A stretch of DNA of 64,000 nt from Candidatus Daviesbacteria bacterium GW2011_GWA1_41_61 (GTDB taxonomy: Bacteria; Patescibacteriota; Microgenomatia; Daviesbacterales; UBA10151), in contig LCBT01000003.1 in the NCBI GenBank assembly GCA_000997385.1, positions 128,892-192,891 on the forward strand, written 5' to 3'. The position numbers and the translations under genes were made by a program. The notes under the pieces were generated by a model that had not been told where the DNA came from, made no database searches, and was given only the letters and a program-made list of their open reading frames with translations. Below are positions 17,784 through 28,125 of this stretch, piece after piece. Positions within the stretch are counted from its first letter, which is position 1. Each line of letters opens with the position of its first letter.

Positions 17784-18704
17784 ATGACTCTCTCAGCTTT
17801 GATCACTGATTTTTTAGAATATCTGGAACTGGAAAGAGGAGCCTCTCAAAAAACTATCCAAAACTATGATCATTATCTAAAAAGGTTTTTGGATTTTACC
17901 GGCGATATTGAGCCTTCTTTGATTGATTTAGGTTTGGTGAGAAAGTACCGTCTCTATCTTTCCCGTTTTAAAGATCCTTTAACCGGGGAGGTGTTAAAAA
18001 GGGTGACTCAAAACTATTTTATGATTGCTCTGCGGGCATTTTTGCGGTATTTAGCCCGTCATGATGTTAACAGTTTATCAGCAGAAAAAGTTGAGCTGGG
18101 AGAAGCTGAGGCATCACCTATTAAGGTCTTGGATGAGACTGATTTAAAGAGATTGCTTAAGGCTCCTGATGTTTTAGATAAATCAGGTTTGAGGGATAAA
18201 GCCTTACTGGAAACACTTTTTTCCACCGGCCTTCGGGTGTCGGAGCTGGCCTCTTTAAACAAAGATACCATTAATTTAGACAGGCAGGAGTTTCCGGTCA
18301 TTGGTAAGGGTTCCAAAGAAAGGATTGTTTTTCTATCAGATGAGGCGGTAAAATGGCTGGATCAGTATATCAAAAGCAGGAAAGACAACTTTAAGCCTTT
18401 ATTTATAAGACACCAGGGGAAAATAGATCCGGAAAATGATGGGGAGAAGATGAGGCTTACTCCCAGATCTGTTGAAAGGATAGTGGAAAAGTATGTCAAA
18501 GCAGCAGGTTTATCAGTGAAAGCTACGCCTCACACTTTAAGACACTCCTTTGCTACAGATTTGTTGATTAATGGAGCAGATATCAGGTCAGTTCAGGAAA
18601 TGTTGGGGCATTCTAATATCTCCACCACCCAAATCTATACTCATGTTACCAATAAGCATTTAAAAGATATACATAAATCTTTTCATTCGGGTAATCGAGA
18701 GTAG
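17784..18704 (+). CDS. Xer-family tyrosine recombinase (XerC/D/A-like)
   Basis: N-terminal SAM-like domain, TGLRVSEL, GKGSKER, HTLRHSFAT, LGH, TTQIYTH. Confidence 0.93.
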   Translation: MTLSALITDFLEYLELERGASQKTIQNYDHYLKRFLDFTGDIEPSLIDLGLVRKYRLYLSRFKDPLTGEVLKRVTQNYFMIALRAFLRYLARHDVNSLSAEKVELGEAEASPIKVLDETDLKRLLKAPDVLDKSGLRDKALLETLFSTGLRVSELASLNKDTINLDRQEFPVIGKGSKERIVFLSDEAVKWLDQYIKSRKDNFKPLFIRHQGKIDPENDGEKMRLTPRSVERIVEKYVKAAGLSVKATPHTLRHSFATDLLINGADIRSVQEMLGHSNISTTQIYTHVTNKHLKDIHKSFHSGNRE

Positions 18705-18732
18705 AAGTAGTACTTATTATAAACGTCTAAAG

Positions 18733-18758
18733 CTTGCCTTTTTGCTACGCAAAAACGT
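18733..18758 (+). repeat. Dispersed repeat, copy C (hairpin)
   Basis: CTTGCCTTTTTGCTACGCAAAAACGT versus CTTGCCTTTTGTCTTCGATAAAACGT at 26248-26273; 21/26 identical, stem preserved. Confidence 0.65.
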
Positions 18759-18809
18759 AAACACCTAAAAGATGTCCATAAGAGTTTCCACTTAGGGAAT
18801 AAGGAATAG
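18759..18809 (+). pseudogene. Diverged duplicate of the xer 3' end
   Basis: Encodes KHLKDVHKSFHLGNKE* versus the Xer C-terminus KHLKDIHKSFHSGNRE* (18654-18704). Confidence 0.85.
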
Positions 18810-18824
18810 TATGGGATATGGATG

Positions 18825-19196
18825 AACGTCATCCTGGAGGGAGCGAAGCGACCGATAGGATCTTTAAATAATGGAATCGTATAAGTCTTTCCAGTAGGGA
18901 TTTTCTTTCTCTATTAACAGATTTTTCTTCCTCCTTACCAGATTTTTGAGTGATTTCTCTCTTGCAATGGCCAGTTTAATATCTTCATAGACTTCAAAAT
19001 AAACGAGTTTAGTTAAATTGTATTCTGCTGTAAAACCAGGAACAAGTTTTTGTTTATGTTCATACACTCTCCTTAGAAGGTTATTAGTGACTCCAATATA
19101 GATCGTAGTATTTGTGTAATTAGTCATTATGTAGACATAACTATTCCTCATTTTTAGATTCTATCGCCCGCCCTCGGCGGGCTCCAGAATGACGTT
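18825..19196. mobile_element. Inverted-repeat-bounded GIY-YIG mini-element
   Basis: Outer IR AACGTCATCCTGGAG / CTCCAGAATGACGTT (14/15); inner IR CGATAGGATCT / AGATTCTATCG (10/11); both enclose the nuclease ORF tightly. Confidence 0.75.
18864..19151 (-). CDS. Stand-alone GIY-YIG nuclease
   Basis: YVYIM...IYIGVT.NL.RR..EH, AIAREK, NP.WKDL. Confidence 0.93.
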   Translation of the reverse strand: MRNSYVYIMTNYTNTTIYIGVTNNLLRRVYEHKQKLVPGFTAEYNLTKLVYFEVYEDIKLAIAREKSLKNLVRRKKNLLIEKENPYWKDLYDSII

Positions 19197-20031
19197 AATG
19201 GATTAAATTTTTTAATCTTAAGATGTTATTAGTATCAGGACCTGAGCCTTCTCCTGGAACTTCTAAAATAAAGGGAATATCTTTTAATATAGGATGGTTG
19301 ATGATATTTCTAAAGCCTTCCAGTCCAATAAATCCCTCTCCAATATTTTCATGCCTGTCTCTTTTGGAGTTAAACTCGGTTTTGGAATCATTAGCATGGA
19401 TAGCTATCAAATTTTTAAGCCCCACTTCCCTATCAAACTCCTGTAAAGTTTTATTCAAACCTTCTTGACTTTTAACATCTATACCTGAGGCAAAGGCATG
19501 TTGGGTATCCAAACAAACTTTTACCCGGGAATCATTTACTCGTCGTACAATCTCCCCTATCTCCCGAAAGCTGTCTCCTATTAGATTGCCTGCTCCGGCT
19601 GAGTTTTCCAAAATTAAATTAACTTGTCCACTACTCCCTAAAATCTCCTTGATAGCCTCAATAACCTGTTTTAGGGCTTTTTCTTCAGTACTATTTTTAA
19701 AAGAACCAAGATGGAAAATAGTTCCTTTCATTCCCAACTTTTCTGCCAACTTTTGGGAGTAGATTAACCAATCAATAGATTTTCTAACTAATTCCGGATT
19801 TGGCGAGGCTAAATTGATAAGGTAAACAGCATGGATAAAGTTAGGGCTTATTTTAGTACTCTCGGTTTTTCTTCGGTACTCCTCTATTATCTGATCAGAA
19901 TGGTTTACTTTTGCCCATTGTTGGGGAGGAGAGATAAAAATTTGGGTACACTGGGCCCCCAGCTCCCAAGCCCTGTCCAGGCTTAAACTAAGATTCCCGG
20001 CAGCCGAAACATGCGCTCCCACCTTAGGCAT
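19195..20031 (-). CDS. nfo: Endonuclease IV
   Basis: GAHVS, HAVYLINLAS, LENSAG, CLDTQH, HANDSK, DRHENIG. Confidence 0.95.
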   Translation of the reverse strand: MPKVGAHVSAAGNLSLSLDRAWELGAQCTQIFISPPQQWAKVNHSDQIIEEYRRKTESTKISPNFIHAVYLINLASPNPELVRKSIDWLIYSQKLAEKLGMKGTIFHLGSFKNSTEEKALKQVIEAIKEILGSSGQVNLILENSAGAGNLIGDSFREIGEIVRRVNDSRVKVCLDTQHAFASGIDVKSQEGLNKTLQEFDREVGLKNLIAIHANDSKTEFNSKRDRHENIGEGFIGLEGFRNIINHPILKDIPFILEVPGEGSGPDTNNILRLKNLIH

Positions 20032-20049
20032 AATGGTAGTATATCATGG

Positions 20050-20277
20050 TTAATAGAGAATTTTGCCGGCGAAGCCGTAGGTTTGGAGATCAAAAATAAA
20101 GCCTGGAACTTGAATAGGCCAGGTAAAAACTACAGCATAAAACCCGGGGCTAAAAAAGGATAAAGGCGGCCAGTGGTAAAACAGAGCATAGAGGATAGAA
20201 AAAAGTATGCCAATAGTAAAATAAATAATAGCCAAGGAGGAGATTTTTTTATCCAGATTGAGGCTTCCTAGTTTCAT
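20050..20277 (-). CDS. Small membrane protein
   Basis: 75 aa, hydrophobic; TAGAAT -10 lies 6 nt before the ATG. Confidence 0.7.
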   Translation of the reverse strand: MKLGSLNLDKKISSLAIIYFTIGILFSILYALFYHWPPLSFFSPGFYAVVFTWPIQVPGFIFDLQTYGFAGKILY

Positions 20278-20291
20278 AGTTACATTCTAAT

Positions 20292-23200
20292 CTATCCCTT
20301 CTCTTCCTGGTGGGAAACTATGGTGGCTGCTACCACTCTTTCCCCCTCCCTCATCCTCATCAGTATTACCCCCTGGGTTTGTCTTTGTAAAGTGGGGACA
20401 TCTTTAATATTAATTTTAATGAGCTGTCCTTTGTTGGAAGTTAAGACCAGAGTATCACCATCCTTATCCATAATTTGGGCTGTCACAATGGGCCCAGTTT
20501 TATTTGTTACCTGGGCAGCCTTTACTCCCATTCCTCCCCTGCCCTGTTTGTTCCAAGAAGAGATGAGAGTTTTTTTGCCTAAACCGTTGGCCATAACTAC
20601 CAGCAACTGATCTCCTTTAATGTCAGACACCTTGTTTAAGGAAACCACGCTGTCATCTTTGCTCAGTCTGACTCCCCTGACTCCGGAGGTATCGCGGTGG
20701 GTGGGACGGACATTCTTTTCGGTAAACCTGATTGATTGGCCTAGTTTAGAGACAATAATCAGCTCATTTTCTCCATTGGTTGGCACTACCCAACCCAAAG
20801 TATCTCCGCTGTCAAGATTGATAGAGATTAAGCCGTTTCTTCTAATAGAGGCATATTGGGAAGTTTCAGTCTTTTTAACATTTCCTTGCTTGGTACACAT
20901 AAAGAGGTATCTGGCAGTGTCTTTTTGCCGCAGTGTTAAAATGGCGGTAATCTTTTCTCCTTGATCAATATTAATCAGGTTCACCACAGCCTGGCCTTTG
21001 GCTATCCGGGAAGTTTCCGGGATCTCCCAAACTTTAAGTTGGAAAACCCGGCCTTTATCGGTAAAGAAAAGGATGTTGTCCAAAGTCATGGTATGAAAGA
21101 TATGGCTGACAGCATCCGCCTCTTTAGTAGTAATGCCGGAAACTCCTTTGCCTCCTCTGGCCTGAACCCTAAAGGTAGAAGGGGCTTGTCTTTTGATATA
21201 ACCGCCATCAGTAATAGTCACAATAGTGGGCTCATCAGCAATGAGATCTTCCTCAGAGAATTCCCCGACTTTGGATTTATAAACCCGGGTTTTTCTTTCA
21301 TCACCATACTTTTCTTTAATTTTTACAAGTTCATCTCTGATAACTTTTAAGATTTTTTCGGGATGGGCCAGCAAATCTTCCAAATAAGCGATGGTTTCCC
21401 GGACCATCTTCAGCTCTTCTTCTATTTTTAACCTTTCTAAAGCTGCCAGCCTTCTCAACTGCATGTCCAAAATAGCCTGAGCTTGAATGTCAGTCAACTT
21501 AAATTTGTTTATTAAATTGACTTTAGCCTCATCAGCATCTTTACTTTTTCGGATGGTGTCAATAATAGCATCAATATTGGAAATAGCGATCATCAGCCCT
21601 TCCAGGATATGTTCCCTGGTTTTTGCTTCTTCCAGTTCAAACTCGGAACGTCTTCTGACTACCATTTGCCGATGGTTGATAAACTCTTCTAGAATATGCT
21701 TTAAAGTTAAAAGATGAGGTACTCCGTCTACTAAAGCCACAGTATTAACGTTAAACACCGACTGCATGGCAGTGTGTTTGTAGAGGTTATTTAAAATTGA
21801 CTTCGGTTGGGCATCTCTTTTTAGTTCAATGACTACCCTCATGCCGTGGCGGTCTGATTCATCACGAAGATCAGCAATGCCTTCCACCTTTCTTTCTTTG
21901 TGCAGTTCAGCAATCCTGGCTACCAAGTTGGCTTTGTTGACTTGAAAGGGGAGTTCGGTAATAACAATATCAAATCTGCCTCCTTTGGTCTCTTCAATTT
22001 CAGCTTTAGCTCTCATGACAACCCTGCCTTTGCCGGTAGCATAGGCATTTAAGATCTCTTGAGAATCATAGATTGATCCACCTGTGGGGAAATCCGGGCC
22101 CTTGATAAACTTCATCAGGTCTTCAACATTAGCTTCACTGGTAAATTTAGGTTCTAATTTTCCATCTTCTGCCTGTTGCTCACCTCGCGGCAAAGCGGGC
22201 CTGCTGCCTGTTGCCTTCTGGGAATGATCAATCATATAAGATAGAGCATCAATCACTTCTCCTAAGTTATGGGGTGGAATTTGGGTAGCCATACCCACAG
22301 CAATACCGGAAGCTCCGTTGAGAAGTAAGTTAGGGATAATTGAAGGAAGCCAAACCGGTTCTTGGGTGGTACCGGAATAGTTGTCTACAAAATCAACTGT
22401 TTTTTTATGAATATCCCGGAGTAGCTCATCAGCAATAGCCGATAACCTGGCCTCGGTATTATGATTGATAAATCCATTGGCCACAAATGAATGACAATCA
22501 CTTTCAACTTTCAGAGAGTAAACATTCTCTAGGCCGTTTTCTTTAACCTGGCTTACTTTTTCAAACAGATAATCGTTTGTGATAAGGTATTCTAGGAATG
22601 GTTTTAAATTTTCTCCTGTTTTTTTAAGAAAGATTTCAGATACTTGGGGAGCTTGGACTTGTAAGTTACCATATCTGTCAAAATTATGTTTGACTAAAAA
22701 CTTTGAGTAACCTACTTGTTGTCTAACATAATCAGCCAAAAAAGGAACGTAGTCGAACAAAGAGTTATCTTTTTGGTAATTTAAAATGACAACTTCGAGC
22801 TTTTTATTTTTTAGCTCTCCAACAAAACCGATCTCTTTGTAGAACTTAAGAATATTTCTTTTTCCTCGTAAGTACAATTTATGGGTTTTTCTATATTTAT
22901 CGAATCGTTTAGTACTATCAATTCCAAAGCGAAGTAGAAGAATTTGCATAGTTTTAAGGAGTGTTTCGCTGACCGAGCAACAGCTTAATTCAATCATCTT
23001 CTGTGAAGATGAAATGGATCCATCGCCTTCAAAATAGCCCCTTAAAAAAGATGAAACAGTGTTTTTAGTAGAAAGTAAGATGGTGTGAGGAATCCTTTTA
23101 ATATTTGAACGCCCCACTGTCAGCCCGATGTTTTTTAGAAAATCTATAGTATATAAGTAATGGCATTCCAGACGAAAATAGTTTTTTTTGCCGTATGAGT

Positions 23201-24134
23201 TGGGTTGGCGGATAAACTGATGTAACACAGAATCAGGAAATGTTTTTTGCCAGGCATCAATAAATTTATTGATGTATTCCGGGTCAGCGTTACAAAATTC
23301 AATCTTATTTTCGGAAATACTACCTTCAGCAACTAAACTCCCTAAAATAAAACCTAGTTCTGGGGTGAATTTTTGGGGTAAAATGGTTTGTTTCGTCCGG
23401 TCAGTTCTTGGCCCAGGATAGTAGGAGGATAAATCAAGATCTGAAACAGGCCATAAGATATCCGTGGACCTATCTATAACAACAATGTCCTCAGTTCGTA
23501 TATCCTGAAGTAGTCTCCAAGACAACTTTGGTTTTTCAGTTGCATCTTTTATGAGAGTAAGTACTGGATGGTTATAGGAGCCTTGGAGCGTAAACCCTTT
23601 ATTGGTGGTTATTTTAATTGTGGGATGTTTACCTGAGTCAAACCATTTAGAGGCCTGACTAATTTTTTTATCCTTAGATAGGACCTGAATTTGGATATTC
23701 TCCTGAGAAGCAATCTTTTCAATAGGAACTAACCCTGCGTTTGTAATTACCAAGGTATCACCTGTCACGCAATACCTCATGGCAGCCGGAGAGTCACCGT
23801 CAACTGAACCAAAATTTCCCTGTCCGTCAATTAAGGTATATCTCATAGAGAAGTCTTGGGCCATTCTTACCATAGCCTCATAAACTGGAGCGTCACCGTG
23901 GGGGTGGTAGTTTTTTAAAACTTCTCCTACCACAGCAGCAGATTTTTGATAACGGCTAGTGTGGTGTAGCCCCTGCTGGGACATGGCATAAACAATCCTT
24001 CGCTGGACCGGTTTTAAACCGTCACGGACATCGGGTAAAGCTCGGGCTACAATAACCGACATGGCATAATCCAAATAGGACCGCTTCATCTCTTCTACAA
24101 TAGGTGTGGGTTCAATTTTGCCAATATTACTCAT
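20292..24134 (-). CDS. gyrA: DNA gyrase subunit A (intein-containing)
   Basis: [23 protein letters not shown](121)-[intein]-TE, GyrA box QARGGKG, beta-pinwheel CTD. Confidence 0.97.
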   Translation of the reverse strand: MSNIGKIEPTPIVEEMKRSYLDYAMSVIVARALPDVRDGLKPVQRRIVYAMSQQGLHHTSRYQKSAAVVGEVLKNYHPHGDAPVYEAMVRMAQDFSMRYTLIDGQGNFGSVDGDSPAAMRYCVTGDTLVITNAGLVPIEKIASQENIQIQVLSKDKKISQASKWFDSGKHPTIKITTNKGFTLQGSYNHPVLTLIKDATEKPKLSWRLLQDIRTEDIVVIDRSTDILWPVSDLDLSSYYPGPRTDRTKQTILPQKFTPELGFILGSLVAEGSISENKIEFCNADPEYINKFIDAWQKTFPDSVLHQFIRQPNSYGKKNYFRLECHYLYTIDFLKNIGLTVGRSNIKRIPHTILLSTKNTVSSFLRGYFEGDGSISSSQKMIELSCCSVSETLLKTMQILLLRFGIDSTKRFDKYRKTHKLYLRGKRNILKFYKEIGFVGELKNKKLEVVILNYQKDNSLFDYVPFLADYVRQQVGYSKFLVKHNFDRYGNLQVQAPQVSEIFLKKTGENLKPFLEYLITNDYLFEKVSQVKENGLENVYSLKVESDCHSFVANGFINHNTEARLSAIADELLRDIHKKTVDFVDNYSGTTQEPVWLPSIIPNLLLNGASGIAVGMATQIPPHNLGEVIDALSYMIDHSQKATGSRPALPRGEQQAEDGKLEPKFTSEANVEDLMKFIKGPDFPTGGSIYDSQEILNAYATGKGRVVMRAKAEIEETKGGRFDIVITELPFQVNKANLVARIAELHKERKVEGIADLRDESDRHGMRVVIELKRDAQPKSILNNLYKHTAMQSVFNVNTVALVDGVPHLLTLKHILEEFINHRQMVVRRRSEFELEEAKTREHILEGLMIAISNIDAIIDTIRKSKDADEAKVNLINKFKLTDIQAQAILDMQLRRLAALERLKIEEELKMVRETIAYLEDLLAHPEKILKVIRDELVKIKEKYGDERKTRVYKSKVGEFSEEDLIADEPTIVTITDGGYIKRQAPSTFRVQARGGKGVSGITTKEADAVSHIFHTMTLDNILFFTDKGRVFQLKVWEIPETSRIAKGQAVVNLINIDQGEKITAILTLRQKDTARYLFMCTKQGNVKKTETSQYASIRRNGLISINLDSGDTLGWVVPTNGENELIIVSKLGQSIRFTEKNVRPTHRDTSGVRGVRLSKDDSVVSLNKVSDIKGDQLLVVMANGLGKKTLISSWNKQGRGGMGVKAAQVTNKTGPIVTAQIMDKDGDTLVLTSNKGQLIKINIKDVPTLQRQTQGVILMRMREGERVVAATIVSHQEEKG
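22162..22220 (-). repeat. In-frame heptamer array interrupted by a 21-nt GC-rich insert (gyrA)
   Basis: CAGAAGG CAACAGG CAGCAGG [CCCGCTTTGCCGCGAGGTGAG] CAACAGG CAGAAGA. Confidence 0.6.
22458..23771 (-). mobile_element. 438-aa intein with LAGLIDADG homing endonuclease
   Basis: Begins CVTGDT, block B NHPV, LAGLIDADG motifs ILGSLVAEG and [10 protein letters not shown], ends VANGFINHN before Thr+1. Confidence 0.95.
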
Positions 24135-24205
24135 GAGGTTTTAAACAAGAAAAACGCCCTGTTGGGCACAATTATTATGTCATTTTTAGGATAAAAAGGC
24201 AAGCT

Positions 24206-25339
24206 TTATACCACTTCTCTTCTGGTGGAGGAGGCCAGATGGACTAATAAGTCATAAGGAATGGTTTGGCAGGTTTGGGCTGCATTTTGAATAGAATTTG
24301 GATCTTTGGCTTGATCTGAAAAGATAACTACTTCTTGGTTAACTTGAGGATTTTTAACTTTACTTAAATCTATGGTGGTAATATTCATACTAACTCTGCC
24401 TACTATTGGACATTTTACACCCTCTACTAAGAAAGCTCCTTGGTTGGAAAGCCTTCTGTCTACTCCGTCGAAATAGCCAATTGGCAGCACTCCCAAGATC
24501 AACTCTTTTTTGGCAGTATAAGTCCCATCATAACCAATCTTATCCCCTTTCTTCAATTTTTTAATCTGAGCTATTTTGGTAGTTAATTTAAGAGCTGGTT
24601 TTAGATGAGAGCTTTCCTTATTTGGTGAGATACCATAAACAGATAAACCACATCTCGCCATGTTGGAAAACTTACTTAACTCCTTTCTAATTTGGGGGTT
24701 TAGCAGTCCGGCTGAGGCAGACAAATGAACCCATTTAGGATCAAAACCACTCTTCCTGATAATCTTTAAGGCTTGCTTAAAATTTTTGACCTGAGTTTGG
24801 TAAAGAGTGTCTTGAGTGTTGGAAGCTGAAGCTAGATGAGACATCACTCCTTCTACCTTTAAGTTGGGTAATTTTTTTAGCTCTTGTAAAAAGGCAGACA
24901 GTTCTTCTAAAGGGACTCCTAAACGGTGCATCCCGGTATCTATTTTGATATGGATTTTAGCATCCCATTGATAGTTATTTAAAACTTGGGCCATTTGTAA
25001 ATCATAAACAGCATAGGAAAATGGGAGCTTTTTGACTTTAAAATTATTAGGGTGGGTATAGCCCATGATCAAGATGGGTGTTTTAATATGGGCTTTTAAC
25101 AACTCATAAGCTTCATAGAGGCTGTCCACACAAAAAAAAGGAGCTCCAAGGGAATCTAAAACTTTAGCTGCTTCTGTTATCCCATGTCCATAAGCATTAC
25201 TTTTTAAAACCGGAGCCACTTTTAAATTTTGATCCAAAGAAGACAAATGGTGGTAATTATGGGTCAAGGCATCATGGGAGATTTGAATCAGATTAAGTGT
25301 TTGATATTGTCTTTTAAGGATGTTGAAAAGCTGAATCAT
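24206..25339 (-). CDS. alr: Alanine racemase
   Basis: VLKSNAYGHG, HIKIDTGMHRLG, IGYDG, IVGRVSM. Confidence 0.95.
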   Translation of the reverse strand: MIQLFNILKRQYQTLNLIQISHDALTHNYHHLSSLDQNLKVAPVLKSNAYGHGITEAAKVLDSLGAPFFCVDSLYEAYELLKAHIKTPILIMGYTHPNNFKVKKLPFSYAVYDLQMAQVLNNYQWDAKIHIKIDTGMHRLGVPLEELSAFLQELKKLPNLKVEGVMSHLASASNTQDTLYQTQVKNFKQALKIIRKSGFDPKWVHLSASAGLLNPQIRKELSKFSNMARCGLSVYGISPNKESSHLKPALKLTTKIAQIKKLKKGDKIGYDGTYTAKKELILGVLPIGYFDGVDRRLSNQGAFLVEGVKCPIVGRVSMNITTIDLSKVKNPQVNQEVVIFSDQAKDPNSIQNAAQTCQTIPYDLLVHLASSTRREVV

Positions 25340-25356
25340 CTTACTATTAGCCCTGC

Positions 25357-26772
25357 CTAGGGGAATATTTTTTCTACTGCCTGGTTAAATTTCCTACCCC
25401 GGTCGAATTCATTTTGAAATAGATTAAATGAAGCTGCTCCGGGAGAAAAGAGAATTACATCTCCTTTCTGAACAATTTTTTTGATATCTTTTAGTAGTAT
25501 TTCTAAATTATTATAGACTTCTTGATTTTTATCAGAAGGGAAATCTTTTAAGATTTCATCAGTAGCTGTTCCTTCCAGAAAATAGACAGCTTTGGCATAT
25601 TTACTGACAGCTTCTGCCATTTTCTTGTAAGGCAAATTTTTATTCACTCCTCCGGCAATAAGAATGGAATTTGGTAAGCTTTGTAAAGCTTCAATAGTTG
25701 CTTGGGGATTGGTGGCAGCGGTGTCGTTGTAAATTTTTATCCCCTGGTGGTGATAAATTAGTTGCAATCTAAACTCCACTCCTTTGAAGTTTTCTAATAC
25801 TTTAATAGCTGTTTTTTGTTCTATACCTAAGGTTTGTGCTACTGCCAAAGCTGCTGCCATATTAGTCAAATTATGTTCACCAGGAAGCTTGGGAGTAAAA
25901 CCTTGAGGCAGATCATCTTTAGAAAAGTAAGTAATTTGTCCTCTCAAGCCATTGATAAAAGACGAGTTGTTGGTTACTTCATCCCCCTTTTTGAGGAACA
26001 AAAAATCTTCCTTGGTCTGGTATTTGCCAATGGCTTTCTTGGCTTCAATATAGTTTTCCATTGAGCCATGAAAATTAATATGATCAGGATAAATATTGGT
26101 AATAATTGCCCACCTGGGAGAAATTTGATGCTGATCAAAGGCTTCCAGCTGGGCTGAAGAAAGCTCTAAAACTACCAGGGTATCTTTTTTAACATAAGAA
26201 CTTGCTTCGCTCGCAGTAGAAGATATTTTACTGCTCGCTTGCAAAACCTTGCCTTTTGTCTTCGATAAAACGTGAGGAATGGTATCAAAAACGCTTTTCC
26301 CTATATTACCGGCAAAGACAATCTCCTTACCTCCAGCTTTGATGATTTCATAGATTAAAGAGGCGGTGGTGGACTTGCCTTTAGTACCAGTCACCCCAAT
26401 AATTTGCTGGGGGCTGACAAATTGCAGGAAAACACCTAAGTCCAGCTCCATATCTTTGCCCTTCTCCTTGGCATATTTGATGTACTCATTATCCGGCTTT
26501 AAGGCCGGGTTTTTGATGATTAAATCTGCCCAGTCAAGATCCTCAAAGCGATGCTCACCTAAAACATATTCAATATCAGGGAAATCTTTTAAGGCATTTA
26601 AGGAAACCTGAAGCTGTTCTTTACTTTTTAAGTCAGTGACGCGAACTTTAGCTCCGGCAGTAGCAAAAAACCTAGTGGCACCCAACCCTCCTTGATTGAT
26701 CCCCAGTCCTAAAATAAGTACTTTTTTATTGTGAAACAAAATATTTGCTTTATTTTGATAAGACTCGCTCAT
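25357..26772 (-). CDS. murD: UDP-MurNAc-L-Ala:D-Glu ligase
   Basis: GTKGKSTT, AGNIG, VLELSSAQL, NDTAATN, FSPGAASF...RG. Confidence 0.92.
   Translation of the reverse strand: MSESYQNKANILFHNKKVLILGLGINQGGLGATRFFATAGAKVRVTDLKSKEQLQVSLNALKDFPDIEYVLGEHRFEDLDWADLIIKNPALKPDNEYIKYAKEKGKDMELDLGVFLQFVSPQQIIGVTGTKGKSTTASLIYEIIKAGGKEIVFAGNIGKSVFDTIPHVLSKTKGKVLQASSKISSTASEASSYVKKDTLVVLELSSAQLEAFDQHQISPRWAIITNIYPDHINFHGSMENYIEAKKAIGKYQTKEDFLFLKKGDEVTNNSSFINGLRGQITYFSKDDLPQGFTPKLPGEHNLTNMAAALAVAQTLGIEQKTAIKVLENFKGVEFRLQLIYHHQGIKIYNDTAATNPQATIEALQSLPNSILIAGGVNKNLPYKKMAEAVSKYAKAVYFLEGTATDEILKDFPSDKNQEVYNNLEILLKDIKKIVQKGDVILFSPGAASFNLFQNEFDRGRKFNQAVEKIFP
26197..26274 (-). repeat. Dispersed repeat, copy B: about 78-nt in-frame insertion in murD
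   Basis: Adds about HVLSKTKGKVLQASSKISSTASEASS; contains hairpins GCAGTAGAA-GATA-TTTTACTGC and TTTTGTC-TTC-GATAAAA. Confidence 0.8.
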
Positions 26773-28058
26773 TATTTTAACATTAAAACTTCTTTAGCCA
26801 GTTTTTCAGTATCGCCAGCCCCCATAAAAAATATTACGCTATCTTTTCCAAACACATCTTGAATTTGCTCTAAAGCTGGTTTTTGAGGTCCGAGATAAGT
26901 TACACTTTTTTTCCCTACAGCTTCAACTAATTGGCGGCTGTTTACTTTTCCGGTATCAACCTCCCGAGAAGGATAGATGTCCATAATGTAAATTTTATCT
27001 ACCGGGGCTTCTTTCAAAACCCTGACAAAATCATTAAACAAGGTGTAGGTGCGGGAAAACATATGAGGCTGGAAAATGACCATCAGCCGTTTTTTAGGAA
27101 ATTTTTCTCTAGCTGCTTGAAGTGTGACTTTAATTTCTGTGGGATGATGAGCGAAATCACTATAGATATAGGCTCCTTGATAATCACCAAGGTGATCAAA
27201 TCTCCGTCCGATTCCGGTAAAATTACGCAAACTTTTTTGAATAGTTTCGGGGTTTATGCCTAAGGCTAGCCCTACCTGATAAGCTGCTGAAGCATTTAAG
27301 ACATTATAACGCCCAGGAATTTGTAGAGGAAAATCTATAGGATGGGATGAGTAATCTACAATTACCTTGCCACCCTTGGGGTGTAAAGCTAAAGCTTCTT
27401 TTACTCCGGGATCTGATAAATTAGCAATAATCTTACCTTTTGTCTGGCTGAAGAATTTGGCAAAGCTAGCCTTATACGCTTCAAAATCTTTAAAGTATTC
27501 CGGATGGTCCATCTCCAAAGTGGTTACTACGGTAATATCAGGGTGGCTGACTAGAAAGTTATCGTTAAACTCATCCGCCTCAGTGACAAAATATTTTCCC
27601 CTACCTATCCGATAATTTACCCCCCACTTGGGGACCTTGGCTCCAAGTTCTACCATTGGATCCAGCTTTGCATCCTCAAGGATAGTTCCTACCATGGCTG
27701 TAGTTGTTGATTTGCCATGAGTTCCACAAACAGCGATAACAAATTTATCTTTTTCCAGATATTTACCCATAAATTGCTGCCAGGTCAGAATTTTTATCCC
27801 CTTTTCTTTGGCAGTCAGAAGCTCGGGATTATTAGCATCTGATGAATAAATTGCTGGTGTGACGGCCAAAATCTCTACATCTGTTAAATGATCAGCAGAG
27901 TGACCTTCATAAAGCAGCTTTGGATCAAATTTTTTAGTAAACTCTCTTTGAAGATTTTTGTCACACCCGCTTATGGTGTATCCTTGTGCTTGAGCTATGG
28001 CAGCAATGGCTGAAGCTCCGCTGCCGGCTATACCTAAAAAATGGATTTTTCCTTTCAT
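26772..28058 (-). CDS. murC: UDP-MurNAc:L-Ala ligase
   Basis: IHFLGIAGSG, GTHGKSTT, EADE, DFAHHPTEI, FQPH. Confidence 0.93.
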   Translation of the reverse strand: MKGKIHFLGIAGSGASAIAAIAQAQGYTISGCDKNLQREFTKKFDPKLLYEGHSADHLTDVEILAVTPAIYSSDANNPELLTAKEKGIKILTWQQFMGKYLEKDKFVIAVCGTHGKSTTTAMVGTILEDAKLDPMVELGAKVPKWGVNYRIGRGKYFVTEADEFNDNFLVSHPDITVVTTLEMDHPEYFKDFEAYKASFAKFFSQTKGKIIANLSDPGVKEALALHPKGGKVIVDYSSHPIDFPLQIPGRYNVLNASAAYQVGLALGINPETIQKSLRNFTGIGRRFDHLGDYQGAYIYSDFAHHPTEIKVTLQAAREKFPKKRLMVIFQPHMFSRTYTLFNDFVRVLKEAPVDKIYIMDIYPSREVDTGKVNSRQLVEAVGKKSVTYLGPQKPALEQIQDVFGKDSVIFFMGAGDTEKLAKEVLMLK

Positions 28059-28125
28059 TATTAGGTATTTTAACCTAAAAATAAAATTTTTGCTTTTTGT
28101 GGCTAATTATGATATATTATAGGAC

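Noticed and set aside
17784-18704. Prophage or ICE integrase
   Set aside because: Size and motifs fit chromosomal Xer; no phage or conjugation genes are adjacent.
24193-24208. Fourth copy of the dispersed repeat (TAAAGCTTGCCTTTTT, matching 18728-18743)
   Set aside because: Short and AT-rich, and it coincides with a plausible gyrA promoter (TTGCCT-N17-CATAAT); may be chance.
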